Source: an uncultured Candidatus Saccharibacteria bacterium (GTDB taxonomy: Bacteria > Patescibacteriota > Minisyncoccia > Minisyncoccales > PWPS01). From it: DNA of 59,715 nt. The stretch spans positions 22,871 to 82,585 of the forward strand of contig CAZDOR010000002.1 of the NCBI GenBank assembly GCA_964507105.1. The letters are read 5' to 3'. A program made the position numbers and the translations under genes. Below are positions 36,771 to 46,208 of the stretch, one piece after another; position 1 is the stretch's first letter, and each line of letters starts with the position of its first letter. The notes under the pieces are model-generated. The model made no database searches. It saw only the letters and a program-made list of their open reading frames with translations, and had not been told where the DNA came from.

Positions 36771-39299
36771 TTATTTGCCGTGACATTTTTTATATTTTAT
36801 AACTTTTCCCGTATTGGGGTCTATTTTTCCGCAAGGACAGGGATCGTTTCTACCTACGTCTTCAAATTTTTTAGACTTCGCCGATTTTTTCTCCCTGCTC
36901 GGATCTTCGGTTCTTTTCTTTTTTAAAGTTATTTTGCCCTTACCGGGAAGTTTTATCTTCGCTGTGCTTACTTTCATTAATCTTTTGACCGTTTTTTTCT
37001 TTATATCCTCCATCATCCTTTTAAAGGCCGTGTGGCCTTCCTTTTTATATTCGACCAACGGGTCTTGTTGTCCGTAAGCACGTAGTTTTACGGAATCTTT
37101 TATTTGTTCCATATCTTCCAGGTGTCTGGTCCAATGCAGGTCCATCGTTCGCAAAGCTATAACTCTTTCCACTTTTCTCATTTTTTCCCCGAGCTCTTCT
37201 TCTTTTTCTTCGTAGGCTTCCTTGCCTTTTCCGTACTCGATAAAAAGATTCAGAACATAAGACCTCAAACCTTCTTCTTTTAGAGACTTTTCCAATATAT
37301 CGTCTCTCAAATCATAAAACTTTTCCCTTTGCTTGCTTAAAACGTTATCGTATTTTAAAACGTGCTTTCTGGCATCAAAGTGCATTCCTTCAACTTTTTT
37401 TTGGGCCGACTCGATGACTCCGGAGACCATTTTGTGTTCTATGGGCTGATCTTCCGGAATGTTCAACGTTTCCATCAAGTTTTCAATTTTTTCCGACCCG
37501 AAGACCCTCAAAAGCTTGTCTTCGAGCGAAACGAAAAACTGACTTTGTCCGGGATCACCTTGTCTTCCGCACCTGCCTCTCAATTGATTATCGATTCTTC
37601 TCGCCTCGTGTCGCTCAGTTCCCAAAACATAAAGTCCACCCAGCTCTTTTACTTTTTCGGCTTCTTCCTCGTCGGGAGGATTTCCTCCCAAAACTATGTC
37701 AACTCCCCTACCGGCCATGTTCGTAGCTACCGTCACCGCCCCGAGACGACCGGCTTGAGCGATTATCTCACCTTCCTTTTCATGATTCTTGGCATTCAAT
37801 ATTTCATGATCTATGCCCGCTCTTTTGAACATTTTTCCGAGCAACTCATTTTTTTCGATCGAAACCGTACCCACTAAAACGGGCTGTCCTTTTTCTTGTC
37901 TTTTTTTGACTTCTCTGACTACGGCTTTGAATTTCCCTTTTTCCGTTCTGAAAACCTTGTCTTCCAGCGCTTCTCGGACAAGCGGTTTATTGGTCGGAAT
38001 TGCAACTACTCTTAAGTCATAAACCTTATTGAATTCTTCTTCCGAGGTTTTCGCCGTACCGGTCATTCCGGATAATTTGTCATACATTCTGAAAAGATTC
38101 TGAAAAGTTATCCTGGCCATCGTTTTCGATTCCGCCTTTATCGGTAACCCTTCCTTGGCTTCTATCGCTTGGTGAAGTCCGCCCGACCAGCGCCTACCGG
38201 GCATCAGTCTCCCCGTAAATTCATCAACTATGACCACATCGTCATCCTTTATCACGTAATGGGTATCTTTTTCGAAAAGCGGCTTGCCGGTCTCCCGGGA
38301 TTTTGCTTGTGCTCTCAATCCCTGCTCTACATTGTGGATGTAATCCAATCCTTTATCTTCATACAAATTACTTACACCCAATATATTTTCAACTTTCTCA
38401 ACCCCTTCCGCCGTCATTGTCACAGTCCTTTCTTTTTCATGGACTTCATAATGTTTTCCCGGTTCGAGTTGAGGAACAACTCTGTCAGCTATCTCCTGGT
38501 ACCGTTTCGGATCTTTTTTGTCCGGCTGAGAGATAATCAAGGGTGTTCGCGCCTCATCTATGAGCACCGAGTCAATTTCATCGATTATGCAATAATTAAA
38601 ACCTCTTTGAACCTTCTTTTCCAGGCTGGTGGCCATATTGTCTCTCAGGTAGTCGAATCCGAACTGGTTATTTGTTCCGTAAGTTATGTCCGCCTCGTAA
38701 GCTTTTTTCCTGTTTACCGGTCGTAAAAAATCTTCTTCCACTTTAAAGCTTCCCAATTCGTCCCGATTTTTATCTTTTTCTTCACTCGCCTCTGCTTCGT
38801 ATTCGGAATCGTATACGAACGCCTCCCTATCTCCTATACAACCAGTAGTAAGACCCAGATAATCGTAAATCTGACCCATCCAAACCGTATCTCTTTTTGC
38901 CAAATAATCATTTACTGTTACCAAGTGCGCTCCTTCACCCTTTAAAGCGTTCAGATACAAGGGCATGGTAGCGGTAAGGGTTTTACCCTCACCGGTTTTC
39001 ATCTCAGCTACATCACCTTCGTGAAGCGTAATAGCTCCCATTACTTGAACGTCGTAATGCCTCTGATCCAAGGTTCTCTTCGCCGCCTCCCTGACCAAAG
39101 CATAAGCTTCCGGCAATATGTCACCCAAACTCTCTCCGTCGGAAAGCCTCTCCTTGAACTCTTCCGTTTTTTTCTTCATCTCCTCTTCGGTGAGCTGTTC
39201 CATCTGTTTTTCCAGAGAATTTATCTTCTTTACCGTGGGCTTTATCTTCTTTAAGTACTTGTCATCAGGATCTCCGAATATTTTCGTCAAAATGGACAT
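36771..39299 (-). CDS. secA: Protein translocase ATPase SecA
   Basis: MKTGEGKT, IDEIDS.LIDEA, GMTGTA, ATNMAGRGVDI, QLRGR.GRQGDPG; SEC-C motif with insert (CPCGKIDPNTGKVIKYKKCHG). Confidence 0.98.
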   Translation of the reverse strand: MSILTKIFGDPDDKYLKKIKPTVKKINSLEKQMEQLTEEEMKKKTEEFKERLSDGESLGDILPEAYALVREAAKRTLDQRHYDVQVMGAITLHEGDVAEMKTGEGKTLTATMPLYLNALKGEGAHLVTVNDYLAKRDTVWMGQIYDYLGLTTGCIGDREAFVYDSEYEAEASEEKDKNRDELGSFKVEEDFLRPVNRKKAYEADITYGTNNQFGFDYLRDNMATSLEKKVQRGFNYCIIDEIDSVLIDEARTPLIISQPDKKDPKRYQEIADRVVPQLEPGKHYEVHEKERTVTMTAEGVEKVENILGVSNLYEDKGLDYIHNVEQGLRAQAKSRETGKPLFEKDTHYVIKDDDVVIVDEFTGRLMPGRRWSGGLHQAIEAKEGLPIKAESKTMARITFQNLFRMYDKLSGMTGTAKTSEEEFNKVYDLRVVAIPTNKPLVREALEDKVFRTEKGKFKAVVREVKKRQEKGQPVLVGTVSIEKNELLGKMFKRAGIDHEILNAKNHEKEGEIIAQAGRLGAVTVATNMAGRGVDIVLGGNPPDEEEAEKVKELGGLYVLGTERHEARRIDNQLRGRCGRQGDPGQSQFFVSLEDKLLRVFGSEKIENLMETLNIPEDQPIEHKMVSGVIESAQKKVEGMHFDARKHVLKYDNVLSKQREKFYDLRDDILEKSLKEEGLRSYVLNLFIEYGKGKEAYEEKEEELGEKMRKVERVIALRTMDLHWTRHLEDMEQIKDSVKLRAYGQQDPLVEYKKEGHTAFKRMMEDIKKKTVKRLMKVSTAKIKLPGKGKITLKKKRTEDPSREKKSAKSKKFEDVGRNDPCPCGKIDPNTGKVIKYKKCHGK

Positions 39300-39346
39300 A
39301 GCGATATGAATTGTCAGTTGTTAACTTTAAATTCTTTATTATAGTT

Positions 39347-39799
39347 TTATTCCGTTGAGTATTTTTTGTCTTCTTTACTCTCCTCTTTCGGAGAGGCTCC
39401 TTTCTTTTCCCTAATCTTTTTGGCTTTTCTTTCACCTTTCCTCTGGAGAGTGGATTGTTTCTCTTTGTATTCTTTCACCTGTCTTTGTAATTCATAGCTC
39501 ACCTCCGAAACGGCCTCTTTCGGTGAAGTCGAGACATCCTCCGCTCTGAGCGACGTTCCGGGTAAAAACATTTGTGCTTCAACCCTATAAACGTCTCCCT
39601 TGTTTTGGCCCTTAGTTATTTTTTCAATATCTACTTCCAAATTCACTCTCGCCTTGGGAGCGTCTACCTTTTCTTCGTCTTCATTCTGTTTTTCCAAAAG
39701 TCGAGGAAGAAACTTTTCTACCTTGGTTAATTTTTTTTCTATATATTCATTAAGATGATCGGTCAGTTCTAAATTTTTAGTTCTTTTCCTGATATCCAT
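39347..39799 (-). CDS. hpf: Ribosome hibernation promoting factor (HPF/RaiA)
   Basis: KNLELT..L.EYIEKKL.K, VE, LRAE, EL.RQ..EYKEK. Confidence 0.85.
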   Translation of the reverse strand: MDIRKRTKNLELTDHLNEYIEKKLTKVEKFLPRLLEKQNEDEEKVDAPKARVNLEVDIEKITKGQNKGDVYRVEAQMFLPGTSLRAEDVSTSPKEAVSEVSYELQRQVKEYKEKQSTLQRKGERKAKKIREKKGASPKEESKEDKKYSTE

Positions 39800-39828
39800 A
39801 TTTTTATTAATTAAATTTATAAATGGAT

Positions 39829-40755
39829 TTATTCCAAAAACCTGACTTCTCTCTTCAAAATAACACCGAATTTTTCTTCGACTCTCTTTTGTATCTTCGA
39901 TATCAAGCTCTTTACATCTTCGGAACGAGCCTCATTATCTTTGTTGATTATGAAATTGGCGTGTTTTTCCGAAACTTTGGCTGCACCCACGGAAAATCCC
40001 TTCATTTCGGCTTTTTCTATCAAAAAACCGGCTGAAAGAACGCCCTTTTCATTAAAGTGCTCCAATTGAGGATACTCCTCAAGTATCTTATCGTCGGTTA
40101 CGGTAGTTTCCGGATTTTTGAAGACGCTTCCCGCACAAGAAGCTTCCATGGGATGATTCTCATTCCTGTAACTCAAATATTGATCCGTTTTTCTCTTAAT
40201 TTCTTTTTTGTCGCCGTTTTTAAGTCTTAAGGATGCGGAAAGAATAGTCAAACCCTCCTTTTTGAAAGTGCTTGACCTGTATGAAAAATCTATTTCATCC
40301 GCAGAAATCACTTCTCTTTTTCGGCTCTTCAAAACCTCTACTTCTTCGACTACATCCGAGATGCTGTCGCCGAAAGCTCCCGCATTTCCGTAAATCGCCC
40401 CACCGAGGGTTCCGGGGACCCCCATAGCCCATTCCAATCCTCGGAAAGATTCTTCAAAAGCGAATCTGGAAAGGCGGGGCAAGGATACTCCGGCCCCGAC
40501 CCTCAACAAGTTTTTTCCCAAAAAATTAATATTTCCGCCCCTGAGTTTAACAACCAGTCCATTTATTCCCTCGGAAGGGATAATTACGTTACTTCCACCT
40601 CCGATAATCGTGACCGGAACTTCCATCTTTTCAGCCTGAATTATTGCATCCGTCAATTCATGACGGCAGTCCACAGAAATAAAAAATTCGGCCGGCCCAC
40701 CCACCTTGAAAGTCGTTTCATCAGCAAGCGGATAATTTTTCTTGATCTTGCTCAT
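39829..40755 (-). CDS. murB: UDP-N-acetylmuramate dehydrogenase MurB
   Basis: TFKVGGPA, IGGGSNV, GVPGTLGGAIYGNAGA, F.YRSS, AGSVFKNP, HANFIIN. Confidence 0.96.
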   Translation of the reverse strand: MSKIKKNYPLADETTFKVGGPAEFFISVDCRHELTDAIIQAEKMEVPVTIIGGGSNVIIPSEGINGLVVKLRGGNINFLGKNLLRVGAGVSLPRLSRFAFEESFRGLEWAMGVPGTLGGAIYGNAGAFGDSISDVVEEVEVLKSRKREVISADEIDFSYRSSTFKKEGLTILSASLRLKNGDKKEIKRKTDQYLSYRNENHPMEASCAGSVFKNPETTVTDDKILEEYPQLEHFNEKGVLSAGFLIEKAEMKGFSVGAAKVSEKHANFIINKDNEARSEDVKSLISKIQKRVEEKFGVILKREVRFLE

Positions 40756-40758
40756 ACT

Positions 40759-41967
40759 TTAATCTTGTGTAGGATCAACCAGTTGTCCAATAAATAAAAT
40801 TGTTTTCGTTTCCGGCTCCTCTATAACGAAAAGAAAAGGTCTGTTAAACTCCAGTCGCATCGGTGCCGATTCCAATTCCATTTCCACGGCCGTGGCAGCA
40901 GCAGCCTCCGTTCCTTCCTCATTGACTTCTATAAATGAGGCGTGAAGAACATCAGAAATAAAGACATTGAGTCCCAAACCCTCCAAGTCAACCATTTTTG
41001 AAAAATTAGCATCACCCATGTCGAAAGCTTTTTCCATTCCCAAGGCTTCGAGAGTATCAATCATTCCCAGCTCGTCTTCAAGAGTGAATTTCGGCATCCT
41101 TAAAACGATTTCACTTTTATTTGTCGGTTTTATGTCTTGAAAGTAATCAGGATCGAACTCTTCATAAAATTCTTCGAGATTTTTTTCAATCGGCATAAAT
41201 ACATGGAAAAGAAAGTCTCCGTCTTCATATTCTATCGTAGCCGACTTGAGATCCTCGCTTATACCGTATTTGTATTCAGCTTCGTTCTCCATCATTTCCA
41301 CCTCAACCTCTCCATCCGGTGTTTGAAAGCTATCCGGCCGGGTCTTATCTTCATCAAATTCCTCGGCCCAGTTTCCTTGAAAGTATATCGCATTTACCAG
41401 ATAAGCGATTATATTGTCATCAATCGGGCCGTTATCGATTATCTCTTCTATTTTCTCCCCTGTTTTCTCATAAACCCAGTCATTTATCGGCTCACCGGTT
41501 TCCGGAAGCTCGCTCATTTCAGCTTCAAAATATTTTTCACCGTCACTCTTATAGCTCTCAAGAAATGGAATTCCTTCTCTTAAAAAAAACGTATTAGCTA
41601 TCGATAATTCATTTTTATCCGAAAATTCCAAATAATTTTTGAGACCCAAAGAATCTTTCAAAACCCTTTCCATTTCCATTTCGGTAAGACCCAAAACTTC
41701 CGCCATCTCCGCTGCCGTATCTCCATCAGCTCCTCGATAAGCCATGGTCAAAGCCGTATGCATGCTGTAAGGAGAAATAAAAACATTTTCTCCCTCCTTG
41801 GCCACTTCAAAAAAAGCATTAAAAGAAAAGTCGGTCATCGCAAAAGATAACTCCGTCAACTCTTCCGGTTCACGCAAATCAACCTTCTCTTCCGAGCGCT
41901 CCTGCAGAAGGTAGAAAGTCGAAAATCCGGCAACAATAATTACCAATACGATTATTATTTTTTTCAT
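40759..41967 (-). CDS. Membrane-anchored/secreted serpin
   Basis: NVFISPYS, NAIYFQG.W, MPKF, EEGTEAAAAT hinge, NRPFLF.I. Confidence 0.93.
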   Translation of the reverse strand: MKKIIIVLVIIVAGFSTFYLLQERSEEKVDLREPEELTELSFAMTDFSFNAFFEVAKEGENVFISPYSMHTALTMAYRGADGDTAAEMAEVLGLTEMEMERVLKDSLGLKNYLEFSDKNELSIANTFFLREGIPFLESYKSDGEKYFEAEMSELPETGEPINDWVYEKTGEKIEEIIDNGPIDDNIIAYLVNAIYFQGNWAEEFDEDKTRPDSFQTPDGEVEVEMMENEAEYKYGISEDLKSATIEYEDGDFLFHVFMPIEKNLEEFYEEFDPDYFQDIKPTNKSEIVLRMPKFTLEDELGMIDTLEALGMEKAFDMGDANFSKMVDLEGLGLNVFISDVLHASFIEVNEEGTEAAAATAVEMELESAPMRLEFNRPFLFVIEEPETKTILFIGQLVDPTQD

Positions 41968-42020
41968 ATTTTTTACCTTACTTTATAAGGGCTATCATTA
42001 TAGCATTCGGTAAATAAAAT

Positions 42021-42048
42021 AAAAAGACCCGCAAAAGCGGGCCTTTTT
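42021..42048. terminator. Intrinsic terminator
   Basis: AGGCCCGC-TTTT-GCGGGTCT with T runs on both strands. Confidence 0.8.
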
Positions 42049-42060
42049 CGTTGGTTTTGC

Positions 42061-43101
42061 TTAAATATCCATTTCCCCCATTTCTTCAAACTGCATATCC
42101 ATATCGGGCATCGGAAAAATTCTCAACTCATCCATTAATTCCTCAAGAGTTATATGTTCTTCCGGAGCTTTTATTTCGAATTCTTGATTAAAATTGGAAT
42201 AGTTCATTACCATTTTTACCGTAACCGATTCGGGCATATCCTCCAAGTCATCAACGTCGGGAAGTTCGTCTTCCAGTTCGGTCACCGTAACGGTTTCCAT
42301 TCTCACCAGGTAACCGTCTTGAACCCAGGCATAAGTCTCCACATTCTCGTATGCATCTTCCAGTTCGGCCCTGATTTCGGCAAACATTTCTTCCCTCATC
42401 TCTTCATCCAATTCATCGAAAAAGCCTTTATCTTCCATTCTCTCAACTAAATCAATTACAAAATCAGTCATTTTTTCACCATCGAACTTTAAGTGATATT
42501 TTGTAGCCGCTTCCCCGTCAAGTTCATCTTCTTCAACTTTGGAAACGGTGATTGCACCGTCTTCCCACATCTTCTCGGAAAATTCTTCAGATTTTGCGAT
42601 GATATCTTCCAAAGTCATAGCCTCCATCTCAAGCTCGGCAAAGAAGGCATTCAAAAATAAATCTATATTTTGTTTTACATCTTCAAAAAGAAGAATCTCA
42701 TTTTCGGTTACAAGCTCTACCTGGTCTCTCCCGAGTGGTAAAGCGATATATGGAAAGGTTGTAACCCTGCCATAGAGATTATCATCGACATAGGTTATAC
42801 CGGCTCCAAAATTAGCAACGAAACCCTCTATGGCTACATCAAATTGGCCCTCACCATCAAAAGCCTGATTTATGCGATCATAATCACCACTTCCGAAAAA
42901 AGAAATTTCCGGAGTCTCTTCCAACCCGTCAACTTCTACATCGATATCTACACTTACGGTATAAGAGTCGGCCTCAGCCGTTCTTCTTTCTGCTTGCATA
43001 ACTTCCTCTTCTGGAGTTTTCCTGACCCTGGAAAAGGCGTAAACGCCCCCAACAACCAAGAGAACGATTAAAACTAATAATCCTATTTTTTTGTTTTTCA
43101 T
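42061..43101 (-). CDS. Exported acidic protein, possibly LolA/LppX-like fold
   Basis: Signal anchor; beta-rich; E.LDG...T.Y, W..DGYLVR, YSNFNQ...I.APE C-terminal pattern. Confidence 0.55.
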   Translation of the reverse strand: MKNKKIGLLVLIVLLVVGGVYAFSRVRKTPEEEVMQAERRTAEADSYTVSVDIDVEVDGLEETPEISFFGSGDYDRINQAFDGEGQFDVAIEGFVANFGAGITYVDDNLYGRVTTFPYIALPLGRDQVELVTENEILLFEDVKQNIDLFLNAFFAELEMEAMTLEDIIAKSEEFSEKMWEDGAITVSKVEEDELDGEAATKYHLKFDGEKMTDFVIDLVERMEDKGFFDELDEEMREEMFAEIRAELEDAYENVETYAWVQDGYLVRMETVTVTELEDELPDVDDLEDMPESVTVKMVMNYSNFNQEFEIKAPEEHITLEELMDELRIFPMPDMDMQFEEMGEMDI

Positions 43102-43119
43102 TATTTATTTTCTTTATTT

Positions 43120-44148
43120 TTAATCACTTTTGATTATTTTATCAATAAAACTAAAAGTTTTCAACTGAAAAAGAATTAACAACGCCCTAATCCCAAGAAA
43201 AATACCGAAAAGACAAACTGTTAAATCCGCAGCTCTTCTTGTCATCCCGTAAGCAACACCTTCCTTGAATCCGAGCTCCAGAGCTCCGAACCCGAACCCG
43301 GTCGCCGTTTCCAACCCCCCGAGGCCGGCGGGAAAAGGAAAAAACATGGAAAGATAAGCCAAGCCCTCCACCGCAAGAGCTCTGGCGGGATGAAAAGCTC
43401 CAACCAAAAATAAAACCAAAAATACGGCCCTTATATAGCTAATTAGATGAGCAAGAAAAGAAATGAACGCCCCCTTCCAGAAAAAAGCCTTTCGGGGACT
43501 GAAAAACCTCAAAATATTACCTTCCGTATTAAAGATAAACTCCCCGTTTTTTGTTGATTTCAAGTGAGTTTTCTCCAAACCCAAAATATTAAGCACGAAC
43601 AAGGTTATGCTTCTTTTTCCCATTGCTCGATAATAAAAAAAGATCAACCCTCCAACGGATAAAAGAAGAAACAGAGCTATAACCCAAAAAAGCCAAACCT
43701 CGGAAAAATATCCGAAACGTAAAAAGAACAGAAGGCCTAAAATTACCAAGACGGCATGAAATGTTGTATCCAAAATTTTATCGATAATAACAGAAGAAAC
43801 TGACTTCTCCCAATTTATGTCGGTAAGTTTATTCAATAAATAAGCTTTCAAAGCCTCTCCTCCGAAAAGAGAAATCGGTGTTAAATAGCTCACCGTGTAT
43901 CCTATAATCCAGATACTCGAAATTTCAAAAAAACTCTTATCTTCTCCCTGACAACTTAAAATAAACTTTAAATTAAAGGATCTCACGATAGCCAGCAATA
44001 AAGTTAAAAGAACAAGGGAAATACCTTGCCAACTAAAAAAAAGAGAAAAAGTTAACTCGAACGTTTCCGGACCGGCCTGACGAATCACCAGATAAAAAAT
44101 AATTACCCCCAAAACCAATCCACTCAAAAATTTAAGTGATTTTTTCAT
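43120..44148 (-). CDS. Lysylphosphatidylglycerol synthase TM / flippase-like protein (UPF0104)
   Basis: TP....GGE..KAY, IIDK..D, P.PAGLG..E, multiple TMs. Confidence 0.85.
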   Translation of the reverse strand: MKKSLKFLSGLVLGVIIFYLVIRQAGPETFELTFSLFFSWQGISLVLLTLLLAIVRSFNLKFILSCQGEDKSFFEISSIWIIGYTVSYLTPISLFGGEALKAYLLNKLTDINWEKSVSSVIIDKILDTTFHAVLVILGLLFFLRFGYFSEVWLFWVIALFLLLSVGGLIFFYYRAMGKRSITLFVLNILGLEKTHLKSTKNGEFIFNTEGNILRFFSPRKAFFWKGAFISFLAHLISYIRAVFLVLFLVGAFHPARALAVEGLAYLSMFFPFPAGLGGLETATGFGFGALELGFKEGVAYGMTRRAADLTVCLFGIFLGIRALLILFQLKTFSFIDKIIKSD

Positions 44149-44154
44149 TTTTTA

Positions 44155-45810
44155 TTATCGAAGATCGTTAATTTTGGAAACGGTCGCTTCTCCGACGTAT
44201 CCGGTCCCTTTTTCGAGATTCAAGGGTGTCAATATTTCTTCGGAATATTTTTCTTGGAATCTGATAACTGCTTTTTCAGTCGATTGACCGAAATTACCGG
44301 TTATCTTTCCTTCGGGATAAATTTCCGGTTTCCGGGACAGGAAAGTCTGCAGACAAGTAACCGACCTCTTGTCGGAAACACCCTTGTATAAGGGCATGTC
44401 AATAACGCAATTTTCCCACTCGGAACGATCTTTCTCCTCTCGCCTCTCCCTTATTTCTCTCAGAAGATCCATGAGCTCTTTCAGTTTATTCAATTTTTCT
44501 TCTCTTCTCAGTTCCTCCGGATCTTCGTCAAGCGACTCAATCTCCCACTTGAAATAAAATGATTCCCCATTACCGTTAAAACCTTCCGTTTTTTCCTGAA
44601 TGCTCGGCATGATGGTTATCGATTGATAATTGTTTTCGCGTTCTTCGGTATTGAAAATCCCTTTCCCGTTTTCTATTTCCATATACCCGATTTCAAGTTC
44701 TCCGGTATCAATTTCAAGTAAATAGGGAACTTTCGCTTCTACATCCTCATCCAAACTGAAAATTAATTCCAGATCTCTATTTATACCGGTTATTTTATGC
44801 CAATTACCCGTCCAATTTTTAGTTTTTGATTCAACGGAAAGACTTTTCGCTTCATCGGATACATAATTTATTACCGGATAAATGCGCATTTCCCTTAAAT
44901 TTTCATTCTTGAAGCAGTACCTCTCTCCCAATTCGCAATCATTTACCAGTGAGGCTATCTTGAAATTATTAAACACTTGATGAAAATCTTTTTCATGACC
45001 GATTTCCTCCAATGCATAATTTATACTTTCAATGCCCGTTTTTTGGCTTTTGAGAGACACGGAAAGAATTTCTATACCGTAATGATCAACCAAGTATTGA
45101 GTGAAAATATTAACTACCCCGTAATCTTCCTTTTTCTCATTCCATTCGGTAAGCGAAGTGTTCGGAGCCCGAAGAAAAGTATCTTTTCTTCTTGACAGAA
45201 TCCCGGTATCCGAATTATCATATCCCAGCCACGTGGGCATGAATTCCGCCCTGGCTTCATTGAGCCAGATCTCTTCTCGTACACCCCGCATTCTTTCTTT
45301 TTGATTGAATACCAAACTGTGCATAAATTCGTGCGCCAAAAAGCCGGCAACGTCATCGCGGTCCAAAACATCGGTGTTCAGATAAAGAAGGTTCTTTTCA
45401 TTGGAGCGAGGAATTTGATGTCTTGAATGCTGGTCCCCGGAATTGAAGTAGCCCCCCGCATTTTCGTGCATGGAATGAAAAAGAATCGATATTCTTTCAT
45501 CTTCTTCTACGGGATGAATCGGGGGAGGGCCGAACTCCGAAGTCATCTCTTTTTTAATAGTCGACTCGAACTCTTGATCGAGATGATCGACGACCTTCAA
45601 ATAATCTTCTTTTCCATCCAATTCTTCGATCCAATTTTCTTCGAAATAGAATTTCAGATTATCCGTCTCTTCAACCAAAATTGCACCCAACCGCTCTCTT
45701 CCTTTGAGGTCGAAATTTTCTTCTACGAAAAAATTGCGAGCATCATCGGCAAAAAGAAAGCTCACCGGAAGAAAGAGAAGAAAAAAAGTTGCAAAGATTA
45801 TTTTTTTCAT
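44155..45810 (-). CDS. Secreted HExxH zinc metallopeptidase (M30/M6-like) with a C-terminal peptidoglycan-binding domain
   Basis: Signal peptide; GGYFNS.D, LAHEFMH, WLNEA.AE; LQ.FL...G.FG..T..AV.RFQ...GYVG..T..KIN. Confidence 0.8.
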   Translation of the reverse strand: MKKIIFATFFLLFLPVSFLFADDARNFFVEENFDLKGRERLGAILVEETDNLKFYFEENWIEELDGKEDYLKVVDHLDQEFESTIKKEMTSEFGPPPIHPVEEDERISILFHSMHENAGGYFNSGDQHSRHQIPRSNEKNLLYLNTDVLDRDDVAGFLAHEFMHSLVFNQKERMRGVREEIWLNEARAEFMPTWLGYDNSDTGILSRRKDTFLRAPNTSLTEWNEKKEDYGVVNIFTQYLVDHYGIEILSVSLKSQKTGIESINYALEEIGHEKDFHQVFNNFKIASLVNDCELGERYCFKNENLREMRIYPVINYVSDEAKSLSVESKTKNWTGNWHKITGINRDLELIFSLDEDVEAKVPYLLEIDTGELEIGYMEIENGKGIFNTEERENNYQSITIMPSIQEKTEGFNGNGESFYFKWEIESLDEDPEELRREEKLNKLKELMDLLREIRERREEKDRSEWENCVIDMPLYKGVSDKRSVTCLQTFLSRKPEIYPEGKITGNFGQSTEKAVIRFQEKYSEEILTPLNLEKGTGYVGEATVSKINDLR

Positions 45811-45868
45811 TTAATCGGTTAAAGAAATTATTTACTTCCTGAAATTATAACACAATCGATACAAATTC

Positions 45869-45898
45869 AAAAAGCCGCACCGGAGTGCGACTTTTTTG
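45869..45898 (-). terminator. Intrinsic terminator
   Basis: AGTCGCAC-TCCG-GTGCGGCT followed by a T run. Confidence 0.75.
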
Positions 45899-45899
45899 T

Positions 45900-46097
45900 C
45901 TATAATTCGAATTCTTCAATCTCTTTTTCCAAATCACGAATTTCCTTATTTATATCTTCACCCAAATTCTCTATATCCACTTCCAAATCTTTTGATTTGT
46001 TCTCATCTTTTCTTTCCTTTTCATGAATTTTGAAAGCTGAAAAAACTATAACGGCCAAAACAGCTGAAGAACCGATAACAATTAGAAAAGTGCTCAT
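45900..46097 (-). CDS. Small single-pass membrane protein, 65 aa
   Basis: N-terminal TM and charged coiled tail; own promoter, leader and terminator. Confidence 0.75.
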   Translation of the reverse strand: MSTFLIVIGSSAVLAVIVFSAFKIHEKERKDENKSKDLEVDIENLGEDINKEIRDLEKEIEEFEL

Positions 46098-46103
46098 TTC
46101 TCT

Positions 46104-46166
46104 GGCAACCCCCTATGCGGCTGCAAAATATTACCTTTTTGCGAATCTTTCCTTCGGAGGGCTACC
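46104..46166 (-). ncRNA. Candidate cis-regulatory RNA (three-way-junction leader)
   Basis: P1 GGTAGCCC/GGGTTGCC, P2 TCC-GAA-GGA, P3 GCAAAA/TTTTGC; overlaps the AGGGGG SD. Confidence 0.4.
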
Positions 46167-46180
46167 GATTATCTGTTTTA

Positions 46181-46208
46181 ATTATACTTTTCTGAGCTAA
46201 TTAGTCAA
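46181..46208 (-). promoter_or_regulatory. Putative sigma70 promoter upstream of the structured leader
   Basis: TTGACT-16 bp-TATAAT. Confidence 0.55.

Noticed and set aside
46104-46166. SRP RNA or SAM-I riboswitch
   Set aside because: TCCGAAGGA and GCAGCC recall SRP helix 8, but the CAGG/AGCAG internal loop is absent; the plus-strand GGCAACC lacks the other SAM-I elements and has no downstream gene.
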